DNA of 64,000 nt from Chiloscyllium plagiosum (taxonomy: Eukaryota): contig NC_057720.1 of the NCBI RefSeq assembly GCF_004010195.1, positions 16,881,043 to 16,945,042 on the forward strand, read 5' to 3'. Within the stretch, counting starts at the first letter, position 1. Each line of letters opens with the position of its first letter. The position numbers and the translations under genes are program-made. Shown here piece after piece: positions 63,396 through 64,000 of this stretch. The notes below the pieces were generated by a model, which did no database searches, had not been told where the DNA came from, and worked only from the letters and a program-made list of their open reading frames with translations.

Positions 63396-64000
63396 GAACC
63401 AAAAAATTGAAGACCTAGACATAAACTAAATACTTTACTTTGACATGAAAGGCTAGAAATATGCAACAATCAACTGGTTTCTTTTAGCAGAAACAACCAA
63501 ATACTTGAGTGCTGAGAGTGTAAGGAGTCCAGTAATAGATTCTTTTAAATTTGTATTCTTCGCAATTTTACAAAAGATCACCTGAATTGCAGAAATATCC
63601 CCTAGAATATTACTCACCTAAACTATGACCTCACTCATGACTGTTAAAATCCTGAGTTATAGTTTCATTTGCTTTCCCCATTGGTTTTCATTCTTCATAA
63701 ATCTTAGCTACTTCAGAACTATGTGGACTTTGTGGTGTTCCACTTAAATGCTCTTCACATGATCCTTGTTGTCATCAACAAGCTCCAAGAGTACCTGCAG
63801 TTTCACAGTGCTCATCCTGGTTGTTAACTTTTATTCAACCTTATTTAGAAAATTAACTTCAGACTCTCAACCTGCCATCTGAATATGGAGTACTGCTTAC
63901 TTAGCACTTGCTTTCCTCAGCTGTTGGATGTCCACTATCTCTTCCTTATCTATTGAGTTTTACTACATTGTTGTTTCTATTCTCAAAACCTTTTCTTCCC

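Overview
This is repeat-dense vertebrate genomic DNA, most likely from a shark or other elasmobranch (inferred from HE1-type V-SINEs and the CR1 families present). The only host gene I recognise is the 5' end of CDC7 kinase on the + strand. It has a CpG-rich E2F/GC-box promoter and a probable non-coding first exon (~27.84-27.96 kb), a first coding exon at 51990-52098 and a second coding exon at 59899/59902-59985. A ~1.1 kb G-rich minisatellite lies directly upstream of the promoter. Most of the remaining sequence is nested retroelement debris: CR1, a second CR1/L2-group LINE, RTE, Rex1, a Gypsy element with Gmr1-like domain order, solo LTRs, HE1 and other SINEs, and Tigger-like MITEs. The most notable non-genic signal is about a dozen minimal hammerhead-ribozyme motifs from at least 3-4 Penelope-like families. 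Their stem III is a palindrome (ACGT, AGCT or AAGCTT). Many sit in short inverted-repeat insertions with 11-18 bp target duplications, and within the CDC7 intron the intact, unmasked copies I found are all antisense. All assignments come from reading the sequence and recalling family motifs; no database search was run, and repeat boundaries are approximate.
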